This document shows positions 47,432 to 58,900 of a DNA stretch of 64,000 nucleotides, one piece after another; the first letter of the stretch is position 1, and each line of letters opens with the position of its first letter. The notes under the pieces are model-generated. The model had not been told where the DNA came from. It worked only from the letters and a program-made list of their open reading frames with translations, and did not search any database. The stretch spans positions 248,001 through 312,000 of the forward strand of contig CBFDEM010000003.1 of assembly GCA_965603825.1 (NCBI GenBank), given 5' to 3'. This stretch comes from Blepharisma stoltei ATCC 30299 (lineage: Eukaryota > Protista > Ciliophora). The translations under genes were made by a program, and so were the position numbers.

Positions 47432-49300
47432 ATGGGTGGTTGCTGTATTCGAAACGATGACTACGATGAAATAAAGGAGACTGATGAAAGCATGGTAAGT
47501 CTCAACTCAAGAACAAAATCAGCTGTAAAGGCAATTCCTCCGTCAAAATCCAATGAAGAAATCATCAATGAGTTCCTTTCAGAATTTTACCAGTCCATGC
47601 ATAATGAGCAAAAAATAGTTTCCAGTTTTATTCACTCTGTCATTGAGTATCTAGGCAATGCTGGGCAATATATCCATGAAATAGGAATCAACACAAAAAT
47701 CAATCAAATGAGAGACTCACAAGGTCCTGAAAAACTTAAAAATTATGTGGAGCTTAGGCTTGAAGAAACTGAAATGGAGCAAAGGCTGATCGAGCAGCTT
47801 GTGGCAGTTGCTGAAAGACTTGTAGAAATTGACAAAGAAAAAGCAGATCAGTTAAATGATGAATTTAATTTACTTTTTACTCTTATCGATGAAAATAACC
47901 CCTTAAAATCCCAAATTGAACTGTTGAAAGCAAAAGAGGATGAATATTTATCACAAAAAGGTGTGAATTTAGCACAAACTGCTCTAAGACTTGTAAATAG
48001 AATTAAGCTTGAAAGAGAGTTAACGTCAATTAAACTTCAGCTTGTAGAGAAAAACCCAGGCACAGGGATGATTGAGATCTCAAAACTTCGAGACATTGAA
48101 GAAGCTATAGAAAAAATGCTTAAGCTAAGTTTCAATAATTTGCAGAAGGTGTCTGAAGAAACTTCTGGGTCAATTTATGAAAAACTAGAAGATTTGAAAA
48201 AGTCTGCATCAGAAGCATACGCATTTAATTCTGAAGACCTCCTGCATTCAATAAAGCATAAATCTGAAATAATTGTAAATATTCAAACAGAAGTTGCAAA
48301 TTATTTCAATGAAAACACTATAGAGAGCGAAATCAAAGCATTGGAAAGTAAAATCAAGCGTGTAGTTGAAAAGATGGATAATTCAAGAAGAACACATTTG
48401 CCTGTTATAGAAAAAGCCTTTGAGGTCAATGACAAATATAATTCATTGAGCTTTCATCAAGAAGAAATAAAGCACCATAGAGGGGCATATAAATCTGTCG
48501 CAGATTTGCGTGAAAAGATACTTAAGCTACTTGACAGCTTGTCTGGTCAAGATGAATATTTGCATAAAGTTGCAGAAGGAATTAATACAGTCAGAGACAA
48601 ATTTGACAATCTTGACGCTCAAATTCAAGACTTAATTAAGCAAGAAATTCGAGATTTATCTAACACAATTTCACTAGAAAACTCTGAACTAAGAGAAAAT
48701 TTAGAAAAAATTAAATCAATTTCTGGGGAACTAGAAATTGATTCTTCGAGTGACATCATTCAGCATTTATCCCAAATTGCGGGTAGGATGAAAATAATGG
48801 ATAGCATTGATTCACTTAGAAGAAATGCAAGAGAAATATCTAATAAAGAAAGCATGAAACTTAGAAGTTCTTTTCATGAAATGATCAGTGAAATAGAATC
48901 GAAAAAATCACTTGCAGAATCTGAACAAGAGCAAATGCAGACAAAATTGGCTGCATTAGAAGGAAACGCTGAGAGAGATAAAGAACTTATTAAAAAATAT
49001 ACTCAATTAAACTCAGAGCTTGAATTAGAAAACACAAAACTCAAAAATTCTTTATCTACTCTCAGTGTTGAAAGTGAAGATTTCACAGACAAAATTTCAA
49101 GGCTAGAAGAAGAAAATGAATCTTTGGAGAAAAATGAGAAAAAAATTAAGAAAAATTTAAGAGAAAAGGAAAATGAACTGAGGGAAGCAAATGATAGGAT
49201 ATCAAGTTTGGAAGAAGAGACTCAGAAATTAAAGACAGAAGTCAAGAAATTAAAAGAAACACTGGAGAAAAAAGAAAGTGAAGTTGAGATCATTGAATAA
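47432..49300 (+). CDS. N-acylated (MGGCC) long coiled-coil protein
   Basis: 622-aa ORF with heptad-rich E/K/L composition. Confidence 0.8.
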   Translation: MGGCCIRNDDYDEIKETDESMVSLNSRTKSAVKAIPPSKSNEEIINEFLSEFYQSMHNEQKIVSSFIHSVIEYLGNAGQYIHEIGINTKINQMRDSQGPEKLKNYVELRLEETEMEQRLIEQLVAVAERLVEIDKEKADQLNDEFNLLFTLIDENNPLKSQIELLKAKEDEYLSQKGVNLAQTALRLVNRIKLERELTSIKLQLVEKNPGTGMIEISKLRDIEEAIEKMLKLSFNNLQKVSEETSGSIYEKLEDLKKSASEAYAFNSEDLLHSIKHKSEIIVNIQTEVANYFNENTIESEIKALESKIKRVVEKMDNSRRTHLPVIEKAFEVNDKYNSLSFHQEEIKHHRGAYKSVADLREKILKLLDSLSGQDEYLHKVAEGINTVRDKFDNLDAQIQDLIKQEIRDLSNTISLENSELRENLEKIKSISGELEIDSSSDIIQHLSQIAGRMKIMDSIDSLRRNAREISNKESMKLRSSFHEMISEIESKKSLAESEQEQMQTKLAALEGNAERDKELIKKYTQLNSELELENTKLKNSLSTLSVESEDFTDKISRLEEENESLEKNEKKIKKNLREKENELREANDRISSLEEETQKLKTEVKKLKETLEKKESEVEIIE

Positions 49301-49451
49301 TTCAACAAATTTCTATTTATGAATTTAGTTTATATAGTATAAATTTATAAGTTAGTTACCTAGCAATCCATTAAAACGTTTTTACAAAGCCTTTCTGATA
49401 ATATAATTAAAACTCCTAGCAAGATTAAGGCTCAGTTATTAAATTAATATT

Positions 49452-51197
49452 ATGGAACAAAAAAATCATAAGTGGATCTTCAAGGTGCTTGCTAAGAACA
49501 ACGCTCGTGTTTCTCTTCTAGATACTTTTTTCGTAAAAAGTGGGACCCTCGAGTTTTTAATTTATACTGGCAATGATGGCTGTGTTCATCAAAAACTTCC
49601 ACGAGATCTGCCCTATCGGAATTTAGGCGACCTGCTGATAAATTTGAAAAAAGAATTCAAAGCATTACAAAAAGTCACACACATAGGAAAATATGTTTGC
49701 ATAATTGTAGGCAGAAACTTAAAAGTTAAATTAGACCTTTCAGGCCTTAAAGAATACAGAAACAGGTCACAAACTTTTTCACTACTTGAATATCTTCAGA
49801 AAATCAAGCCTCACAATAGAAGTGAAGAAGGCTGGTATTCTTTGACTTTGACATATACTGAGAGATCTTATAAAAGTGAATTTTTCTGAAAGGAGTCAGA
49901 TAAAATCATCCCAAGCACACAAAGACTGGTATATGAAATGGCGAAAAATATCGCAACTTCAGTAATTATTCTTGTTGAGAAAGAAGAAGAGGACAGGAAA
50001 AGAGTAGTGAAATTAGAATTGAATTTGTCACTTGATGACCTAGGCGTTTTATGACTCATGAACTGCAATTGCATTTTAAACTGAAAAGAGGAAATGATGG
50101 GAAGCGAGGCAAAAGGAAGTGAAAACTTACCAAATTATGATATAAGGTCTAAAATTAGAAAAAGAACATTGTATAAGGATAAAAATGAAGACTCAGATAA
50201 ACCAAAAATCATAGCAAGTGACTCACCAATAAGAATAAAAAGCCCAAATGCTTCTCCTCATAAGGCTATTTCGAATTTAAACGAAGAAATATCTCAAAGT
50301 CATCAACTGAATCGTACTCATTCAATAGTTTCTTCAAAGCTGGCTTTTGGCTTAGAGCAAAAGCCTTCAAACAGCGGACTTTCTCCTGAGCATCGTCGCT
50401 CAAATCGTTCTAAAACAACGCAATATACCCCATTCTCATTCCATGCTATAAGCTACAAATTTTTGCCTGATGCTGATATATGCAAAAATACCAATACTTC
50501 TCTAACTGAGCAAAGCTCTCTTGCAGAAGATGACGATTCTTTGTCAAATTGCAGCATCAATGTTCATTTTTTAGAAATTTTGGGACGTGAAAAATGCAAA
50601 ATTAAGAGCCGTATTGGTAATCCTTTGAGAAACCCAACACCTGGGACAGAAGAACTTAAGCAGGAAATGAGGAACATCAGAGAAAGAATAAGAGTTTTTG
50701 AAGAAGAAAGGTCAGCTAAGAGAAATATTCATAAAAGCATGAGACAAAACTCATGAGCTGGCACTAAAAAGATTAAGCCAAATACAATGAATGAAAAAAT
50801 AAAAAGAGCTGACACCAAAACACATCTACAGCCGATCAAAGGAGAGGATTTTTTGTTATCTCCTTTGTCTAGCGTAGACACTCCAAATTCTCCTGTGAAA
50901 CTAAAACAAATGGCCCAAAAGATTAAAAGTCTCAGCCGCTTCAAATCGAAAACGCCTAAATGCTTGCCTAGTCATATTATGCAATCTCAAGGAATTGTAA
51001 TGCATAAGAAGTCCCAAACAGCGACCCATAGCCCTTTAAGCATTAATAAAAAGACATCAAAAAATTCTAATAAAAATCCATCTCTTCCAGCACTACTGAG
51101 AATTACTTCACAAAGTATCCAAATTCCTAAATTCCACACTTTTGAACTGAGTCCAGTACCAACTTTTCATTCTAGATTTCGATCACTTCAGGGATAA
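49452..51197 (+). CDS. hypothetical protein
   Basis: Three same-frame ORFs join through four TGA codons, with no TAA/TAG until 51195. Confidence 0.72.
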
Positions 51198-51453
51198 TTA
51201 TCAATAAATGCTGTACAAAATAAAATAATGTTAAATATTTTAACTAAAAGATCTATAAATTCCATATCAAAAACAATTTTTCTTTTTAAAAGACATCTCA
51301 CAATTTTTTAATCGATATTATTTAAATCTAAATAATATTATCCAAGCAATATTTAAGTTCTTCTTAAATTTGTGCTATATTTTGCATTGCTGCCCTTGCT
51401 TATTTTATAATAATAGCAATTTTATAATTTAATAACCGCTAATCCTAAAAAAT

Positions 51454-52284
51454 TTATAAGTATATTCTTTCTCTCCCTTTTCAATTTCCCAAAAGCCTCC
51501 ACAGATAGATTGGGTGTGATGAAACAGTATAAAGTAGCTTATCACCATGAGCAGATTGATAAATAGCCTTCATACGTCCATGAATAGTTGGGGACGAGTA
51601 TCTTTGACTTCTTGCTCCTAATCCACATCCACTGTCAAACTCAATCAATGTCTCAGCATTTTTTGTAAAAGCTCCATTTCAGTCTGCAATGAAGCTTAAT
51701 CTATCTCCATAATCCAGTTTTTTTGCAAAATGCTGCATAACATAAGCATCATTCATACTTACTATAATGATTTCGTCCATTCTTGCCGACTTTTTTATAC
51801 CTTTCGACCTTGTAGCCCAATCCCATACTACTTGCTCTGTGCATTCAGGTACAAAAGCTCCAACAATTCCCACAAATATGACCCTCTGCTGTTTGAAGTA
51901 TTCTCTTCCTTTGATTTTCTGTATTTCGTATTCTTTTGTGTCAGGATTGTATTTTATAAAATCAAGTTCAGTGTCTGGGAGATCTTTTCTTCATGTCGCC
52001 TTTACATTATAATATTGATCAGCATCATCAAAGACATCAGTGTGCTGGACTTTCAAGCAGTCTTTTGGGTCAAATGTCTCGCCTGGAAACCATTCTTTGA
52101 ACTTCGTTTTTGATTCTTCATAGAACCTTTTGCCATAAATTTTATTTTTCTTTTTTTCTTCTTCTTCATTCTTTTGTTCTTCACTTTGGAAAATCTTTTT
52201 ATGATCTTGAGTCCGCTTGTCGCTAAATAATGAGAAGTTTCTGGACAAGAGCGAAGATTTCTTCAAGATTCGAAGAAAGGCCAT
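51454..52284 (-). CDS. atypical Prx5/redoxin-family protein with a mitochondrial-type presequence
   Basis: VIFVGIVGAFVPEC, VSMNDAYVM, FIAD(W)NGAFT, GLGARSQRYS. TGA at 51991, 51679 and 51481; TAA at 51454. Confidence 0.82.
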
Positions 52285-52358
52285 TGTAATATTAAAACCA
52301 AAGGCTAAAATGGTAATGAAATAGTTTTGATAGGCTATTTTAATAAAAGATTAAAGGC

Positions 52359-53846
52359 TTACTTATGATGGCCTTCAGACAGCACTTGGGCTTTAACTCT
52401 GTTCCAAACCATAATCAGGCTTTCTAGTCCTTCGATCACATTTGTATTTGCTGTTCCGTCAGAATCAAAAACATGTGCAAAATCAATAAACCTCGTCTGG
52501 GCTTTTTCTAATCCTGCTATATAAAAGACAGAGCAAGTGAAGAAGTGCTTCGTTCTTTGTCTTATGAACCAGTCCAATAATTCTTGAGTATCCCTGATGA
52601 ATTGATCAATGAATTCCAATTGGACTCGATTTCCTCTTGTGACAACTCTTCTGAATTCTTCATGGACATTAGCATCAACAGGTTCAGTGTTTCTTGAATA
52701 TTTCCCAGTATGTCCGGTGACATTTCCTTGCTCATCTTTGCATAAAATTCCACAAATTCTGAACCCAAGTGTTGCTTGTGTTGACCTCATGGCGACTTCT
52801 TGCTGTTTTTTGGTCTTTACATCACTGTTTTCTGGTAGCCATGTAACTTTTCCAATTTTACAATCTAAAATACTTGGGTGAGTGTACCCATATAGCAAAT
52901 TTTCTATTACTATATGGTCATGGCCATTAAGGTTTTCGACTCCAAAATAATAAGGGACGAATTTTCTGAATTCAATCATTTCTGGATTTTCAAGAGTTGG
53001 ACTAAATAAGTACTCGTAAAATGTGATTTCTGGAGCCTTCACTCTTTTGAGAAGCTTGTCACCTCTAGGGATAAGACTACCTTCATGCCCTGCAGCTTGA
53101 TCTAATGGCTGGGATTCAGCCAAAACTTCGGATTTGACTCGATTCCAAATCATGATCAAGCTTTCTAGCCCTTCAATTACATTGGTGTTTGGTTGTCCTT
53201 CAGCATCAAAAACGTGGGCAAAGTCAATAAACCTTGTTTGAGCCTTTTCTAGCCCAGCAACATAAAACACGGAGCAGGTATAGAAATGCTTTGATCGCTG
53301 CTTTCTGAACCAATCTAAAATTTCTTGAGTATCCCTAATAAATTGGTCAATGGTTTCCAGCTGGACTCTTTCGCCTCTTGTAACAATTCTTCTGAAATGC
53401 TCATGGACGTTTTCAGCTGTTGGCTCTTCGCCTTTGCTAAACTTTCCTGTATGGCCAAATATTGTTCCAAATTGATCTTTTGCGACTACTCCACATATAC
53501 GAAAGCCTAATGTAGAAGTGGTTGTCCTTAAGGCTTCATCTTGCTGGCGTTTTGTTTTAGCTGGATCATGATGTGGAGTCCAGGTAACTTTTCCCACTTT
53601 GCAGTCTAATATGCTCGGATAATTGTACCCATCAAGCAAGTTTTCAATTATTGCGAAGCTGTGACCTTCAATTTGTTCAACACCATAGAATGTTGGAACA
53701 AATTTACGAAATTCAAGCATGTGAGGGTCTTGAAGTTCAGGGCTAAAAAGATAGTTGTAGAACTCAAGTTCTGCTTTCCCAACACGTTTCAATATTTTAT
53801 CTCCTCGAGGGATAAGACTTCCTATATGTCCTCCAGCTTGATCCAT
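52359..53846 (-). CDS. inositol polyphosphate kinase (IPK/IPMK) with two tandem kinase domains
   Basis: Each half has Q-A-x-G-H, ENLL, PSILDCKxG, TLGFRICG and IDFAH. Confidence 0.92.
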   Translation of the reverse strand: MDQAGGHIGSLIPRGDKILKRVGKAELEFYNYLFSPELQDPHMLEFRKFVPTFYGVEQIEGHSFAIIENLLDGYNYPSILDCKVGKVTWTPHHDPAKTKRQQDEALRTTTSTLGFRICGVVAKDQFGTIFGHTGKFSKGEEPTAENVHEHFRRIVTRGERVQLETIDQFIRDTQEILDWFRKQRSKHFYTCSVFYVAGLEKAQTRFIDFAHVFDAEGQPNTNVIEGLESLIMIWNRVKSEVLAESQPLDQAAGHEGSLIPRGDKLLKRVKAPEITFYEYLFSPTLENPEMIEFRKFVPYYFGVENLNGHDHIVIENLLYGYTHPSILDCKIGKVTWLPENSDVKTKKQQEVAMRSTQATLGFRICGILCKDEQGNVTGHTGKYSRNTEPVDANVHEEFRRVVTRGNRVQLEFIDQFIRDTQELLDWFIRQRTKHFFTCSVFYIAGLEKAQTRFIDFAHVFDSDGTANTNVIEGLESLIMVWNRVKAQVLSEGHHK

Positions 53847-54226
53847 TTATCCAATTAAAACTGAATTGATTTAAACATTAAGTATTATTGGTGGAAAAAT
53901 GCTAAATTTGGCGAATGTTTTTTCTTCAATTGAAAAATATGATTTTTTAATAGCTAATGCAGTAATAGAAACGATTTATTGTTCTCTCAACAAATTACTG
54001 TTGACTTAATTTTTGCATTTTTATATTAAATTTAATTAGCTGAAAAATTTTTCTGATATAAACAGAAACAGTCTCTTTATGAAATTGATTTCTATAATAG
54101 TAAATAAGTAAATATCACTTAAATTTAAAAGTGAGTTAGAATTTAATCATATTATTATACATATTGCCGTTTTTAAATAATTCAACTAAACTCGTTACAT
54201 CTTTTGGGTTGTTAACTAATTATAAA

Positions 54227-55882
54227 ATGCGATTGATTTTCACCATTGCATTGGCTGTCTTAGCTCTGCAAGTCACAGCCCGTCGCAAGCCAGATTGCTT
54301 ACAATGCCATGCCATCATGGACGCTTTAAAAGATGCAATTGGCAGCAACTCTTTCCTCGACAGTGGCGCTGATATTCTTGTGGGACTTTGCTCTCTTTTT
54401 GAACACCATGAAGTTTGCCAAGGACTTGTTGACATTTACGGGCCTGGGTATACAGACAACATATTGGCCAAATTCCTTAACGCCGATTACATTTGCCCTA
54501 AAATTGGCTCCTGCGCTCATCCAGAATATTTACTAGATAACCTGACTCAGTATGAACAGCAAGTCCTCCAAGACATGCCTCCAATTCAGCCATGGCCTCA
54601 GGTTGGAAATGACACCTTTTTTGTGTTACAAGTGACTGACATGCACATTGACTTCTTCTATCAGGTCGGCTCAGAAGTAGATTGCAATTATCCTCTTTGC
54701 TGCAGATCAGGCAACGGTACAGCTGGCTACTGGGGCTCCCGTGCTAGCTGTGATTCGCCACCTCAAACTGCTATAGCATTTCTTCAACAAATCAAAACCC
54801 TTCCTATAAGCTTTGTGGTTTGGACTGGGGATAACCCTCCACATGATGTATGGGCTTATGAAAGGGAAAAAGAAATGAACGTCACCAAGAAAATCACCCA
54901 AATGTTCAAGGACTATTTAGAAGTCCCAATTTTCCCTATTATTGGAAATCATGATTGCTTCCCGATGGACTTTTTCCAGCCTGGCCATGAACAAGTCTTG
55001 TTAGGAAATTTGACAGAGCTTTGGGGAGAATGGCTTGGTCCTGAGCAGATCCAGCAGTTTTCAGTAAATGGGTATTACTCAGCCTTGGAGCCTACAACTG
55101 GATTTAGGATTATTGGACTTAACAACCAGCTAGGAGACAATATGAACGGATGGTTGATTCCAAATAACACTGACCCTGCAGGCATGCTTGCCTGGCTAAG
55201 AGGTGAGCTTTATCAAGCTGAAGCCAATAACGAGCCTGTGATTATATTGGGACATCTTCCACACGGAGATAAATACGTAGATTCCACCTGGTCAAGACAC
55301 TTCAGAACTCTTGTGAATAGATTCCAGAACACAATTAGAGGCCAATTCTTTGGACATACCCACCAGGATGAGTTCTTTGTGATCCATTCCTTAATCCCAG
55401 GTGCCGATCCAGCTGGTGTTTACTTTGCAGCACCTTCATTCGGGACTTATTCCAATCAAAACCCGTCATTCAGACTCTATGAGTACGATGTAAAGACCCA
55501 TCATCTTGTAAATATTCACCAATACAGGCTCCCTCTTTATTCAGCTAATCAGAACACCGAAAGTGCCACATTTGAAGAAGCCTTCAATTTCAAAGATGAA
55601 TATGGTATGGCTGATATGTCACCTATATCATTTTCTAAATTAGCTGATCAAGTACTTAATGATGAAACTGTTGGCCAAACATTTTATGCTAACTGGCTGG
55701 CCCAGTATCCATTCGAAGCTAAAAAGTGCGATAAAAAATGCCAGAAATACCTTTATTGCAGACTGTCTAACGATGTCTTCAATGATGTATTCGCATGTGA
55801 TGAAGAAGCTGGGTTTGGACTTTATGTATTTGGACTACTTTTAGAGTCTTTACAAGGACAATGGGAATACTTAATAGAATAA
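54227..55882 (+). CDS. acid sphingomyelinase-like (saposin B + metallophosphoesterase)
   Basis: Signal peptide, saposin Cys pattern, TDMHID, CDSP, WTGDNPPH, GNHD, GHTHQDEF, NPSFRLY. Confidence 0.93.
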   Translation: MRLIFTIALAVLALQVTARRKPDCLQCHAIMDALKDAIGSNSFLDSGADILVGLCSLFEHHEVCQGLVDIYGPGYTDNILAKFLNADYICPKIGSCAHPEYLLDNLTQYEQQVLQDMPPIQPWPQVGNDTFFVLQVTDMHIDFFYQVGSEVDCNYPLCCRSGNGTAGYWGSRASCDSPPQTAIAFLQQIKTLPISFVVWTGDNPPHDVWAYEREKEMNVTKKITQMFKDYLEVPIFPIIGNHDCFPMDFFQPGHEQVLLGNLTELWGEWLGPEQIQQFSVNGYYSALEPTTGFRIIGLNNQLGDNMNGWLIPNNTDPAGMLAWLRGELYQAEANNEPVIILGHLPHGDKYVDSTWSRHFRTLVNRFQNTIRGQFFGHTHQDEFFVIHSLIPGADPAGVYFAAPSFGTYSNQNPSFRLYEYDVKTHHLVNIHQYRLPLYSANQNTESATFEEAFNFKDEYGMADMSPISFSKLADQVLNDETVGQTFYANWLAQYPFEAKKCDKKCQKYLYCRLSNDVFNDVFACDEEAGFGLYVFGLLLESLQGQWEYLIE

Positions 55883-55940
55883 ACCTAAGGGATATTTCTA
55901 ACCGATATTAAATAAGTTTTATTATTAAACTAGATATATG

Positions 55941-58900
55941 TTAGTTATTAGAGCCCTCGCTATCTGAGCCCGAGTTATCTTCAATTAGTTTCCATACCTT
56001 AATAAATTTATCAGTGCCACCACTTATAATCTCGATATCATTATTGGCAAGTGGGGCTATACAATTAACAGATGATGCATGCCCTATGATTTCAGAAGCC
56101 ATTTTTAGGTTTCTTCCTCCTTTCCAGACTTTTACTTTTCCTTCTTTCCCAGCCGTAAATATATACTTTCCTTTATTATCAGTAATTATGCTATTAACCC
56201 AGTCAGTATGAGCATTCAATATAGGCTGATAATTTACATTATCAGCTCTATCCCATCTCTTTATAGTTTTATCTCTGGATCCTGATATAATTGAGTCTTT
56301 GTAGATAGCAAGGCTTGTAATTATATCAGTGTGGTTAGATTCATATGGCTTTATTGTTTCAAAGCTTCTTAAATTAAGTCTACCAATATTATGAGTCCTG
56401 CCTGAATAATAAGCTATATTATCATGTACATTTATACTGTACATATCCTGCATGTTTTCAGTTTTATATAATGGGGTATTATTTCTTCGCAAATCCCATA
56501 TAAAAATGCTAGGACCATCCGATAATGATTTCCCAGCACTAATAAGCAGATTATCTTTCATATGCAAAGCCCTCACATCTTCACAATGTCCAACAAAGGA
56601 AGAAATTTTCTGGAGAGAAATTGCATCCCAGATGTTAATTTCTTTGTTACAGCCTGTAAAAATCAATGAGTTTTCAGGCCAAAATGCCATTGCTTTTATA
56701 AAGGAGTTATGACAAGGCACTTCACTAATGACACTCAAAGTGTCAAACGACCACATTTTGAATGCCTTATTCGAGCCTGTGTATAAAATGTTTTCATGGT
56801 AAACCATTGAACACACTGCACTTGTATGCGCTTCTAAGCTCTGAGTGCACTGCCATCTTTGAGAGGGCTGATTTGACTGTTCCATTGACTGATTTACACT
56901 AGTCTCAGATTTTTTAAGTTTTGTTCTCTGCGTTTTGTCAGTCATAGCGTCTTCACTATCAAAACTAATAGCCCTTGGAATTTTGCTTTGAGAACTATTT
57001 ACTGACTGCGGCTTTTTTGGTTTTTTAGTTTCCTCTTCAACTTTTTCTCTTTTATTTTTTGCTTGCTCTCTTGCTTTTGCTAGAGAAGTTATTGTGCTAG
57101 GCGGTGGAACCTTAGGCTTGGCTTTATTTTCTTCTTCCTTCATCTGTAGAACTTGTTCCCTCATCTCAATAAACGCTTTTCTATACTTATTATATTTTTG
57201 CAGAGTGTTCTCCAAGTCTTTTCTCAAATTGTCAATAATTTCTTGGTTTTCTTTATCTTTTTTGACTAATTCTTCTATAACTTTATCTGGCTCTTCAGTA
57301 TTAACAGGCACAATGACATGGACGTTTTTCCTTTCTTCTAGTTCTTCCAATATAAGTTTTTCTCTAGCTTCATATTCCATTTTAAGCCTTGTGCTTTCTG
57401 CTTCATGCTGTCTCAGCAATAAATCTTTTTCATAAGTCAGTTCATCGTTGATTAATTTGAGGTTCTGGATCTGGATTTCATTTTTCTGTAAGTTTTTGCC
57501 GAACTGTTTGGATTCTGAAGCTCTTGTCATGACTTCGTCAAATAAAGCAGAAATCAGTAAATGAGCGTCATCGAGTGTATTTATGGCTAACGATTTTGCC
57601 TTGATGTCTTCTACTTCAGAGTTTGCGAGCAGTTGGGATGTTTCGATTATTTTTTCTTGTTTAAATCTGAGTTTTTCTTCAAGTGTTTCTAATTGTTCAC
57701 TGAGATATTCTAGCTCACTTTTAGTCTCTTGGATTTTTGATGCCAAGTGAGTTTCATCATTAATAAGTCCAGATTCTTCATACACCATTTCAAGTTTTTC
57801 AAGTTTTAGCTTTGCAATAGCGAACTGTTGAGTTAATTCAAGCTTTTGCTTTTCAATTTCGTCTTTTTCTGTGATATCATTCTGTATCTTGACTCTCAGC
57901 TCTCGTTCTTCTATGCACGCTGATGCATAATCTGATACCCATTTCATTATATCTCTTTTATCTGACCCTTTCGATCTTCTTTTAAGTGCAATATCTCTTT
58001 GTCTTCTTTGGATAGCTGCCAGTTCTTCACTTTTCCTTTTCGCAATTAATTCTTTTTTTCTATTTTCGCTCTGAAGTTTCTGAATCTCTTTATCTTTTTT
58101 TAAATTCAGCTGCTTCATCTGTAGAATTTCTTTTTGACGTGATGCTTTCCATTTATTGTGTGCTTCGTTTTCTTCTTTGATTTTCTTTGAAAGCGCGACT
58201 TTATCTTGCTTAGCTTTATTTATATCAGCAGCTAGCTTCGCTAGCTGAATTTTTTGGTTTTCTACAAGTTTATATAATGCGGTTTGTTCTCTATCTTTTC
58301 TTTGATTTTCTTTTAATTTTTCTTCAAGCTGAGAGATTTTGGCTCTGAATCTTTCCGCGACGTTTTGTTTTTCTGCATTGCTGCCTTCTCTGACCTTTTC
58401 CAGTGCCATGTCTCTTTCTTTTACAGTTGTGTGAAGTTCTTTTTCGAGTTCTTCTATTTTTAAATAATATTGTTGGGACATTTCTTCTAATAGTTTACTT
58501 TGGAGCTCTTTGAAAGCTTCTTCTATATTGCGGAGCATATCTTCTTTTTCTCTGATTTTTGACTCAACTTTGATCAGCTCTTCTTTTTCTGCGAGACATG
58601 GTGGCTCTTCTTCAGTACTTGGGTCTTCTAAATCTGGGGTTTCTGGGGTCTCTTCGTCTTCTGGGTTTTCTTGTGGATTTTCTTGTGCGTTTTCTTGTGC
58701 ATTTTCTTGTTTTTCTATTTTAGCAAGCACTGTTTCGGCAAATATTTTTCCATAGTCGTCAAAATTTTTGATGACGAATTCATTTAAGTTGTCAAGTCCT
58801 TTTGAGCTTGATTTTGATCTTTTAAGGATTTCGATTTCTTGTGTTTTTTTATTAAGCATTGCTTCATCTTGCTCATATGCTTGCATAAGATTATCATACT

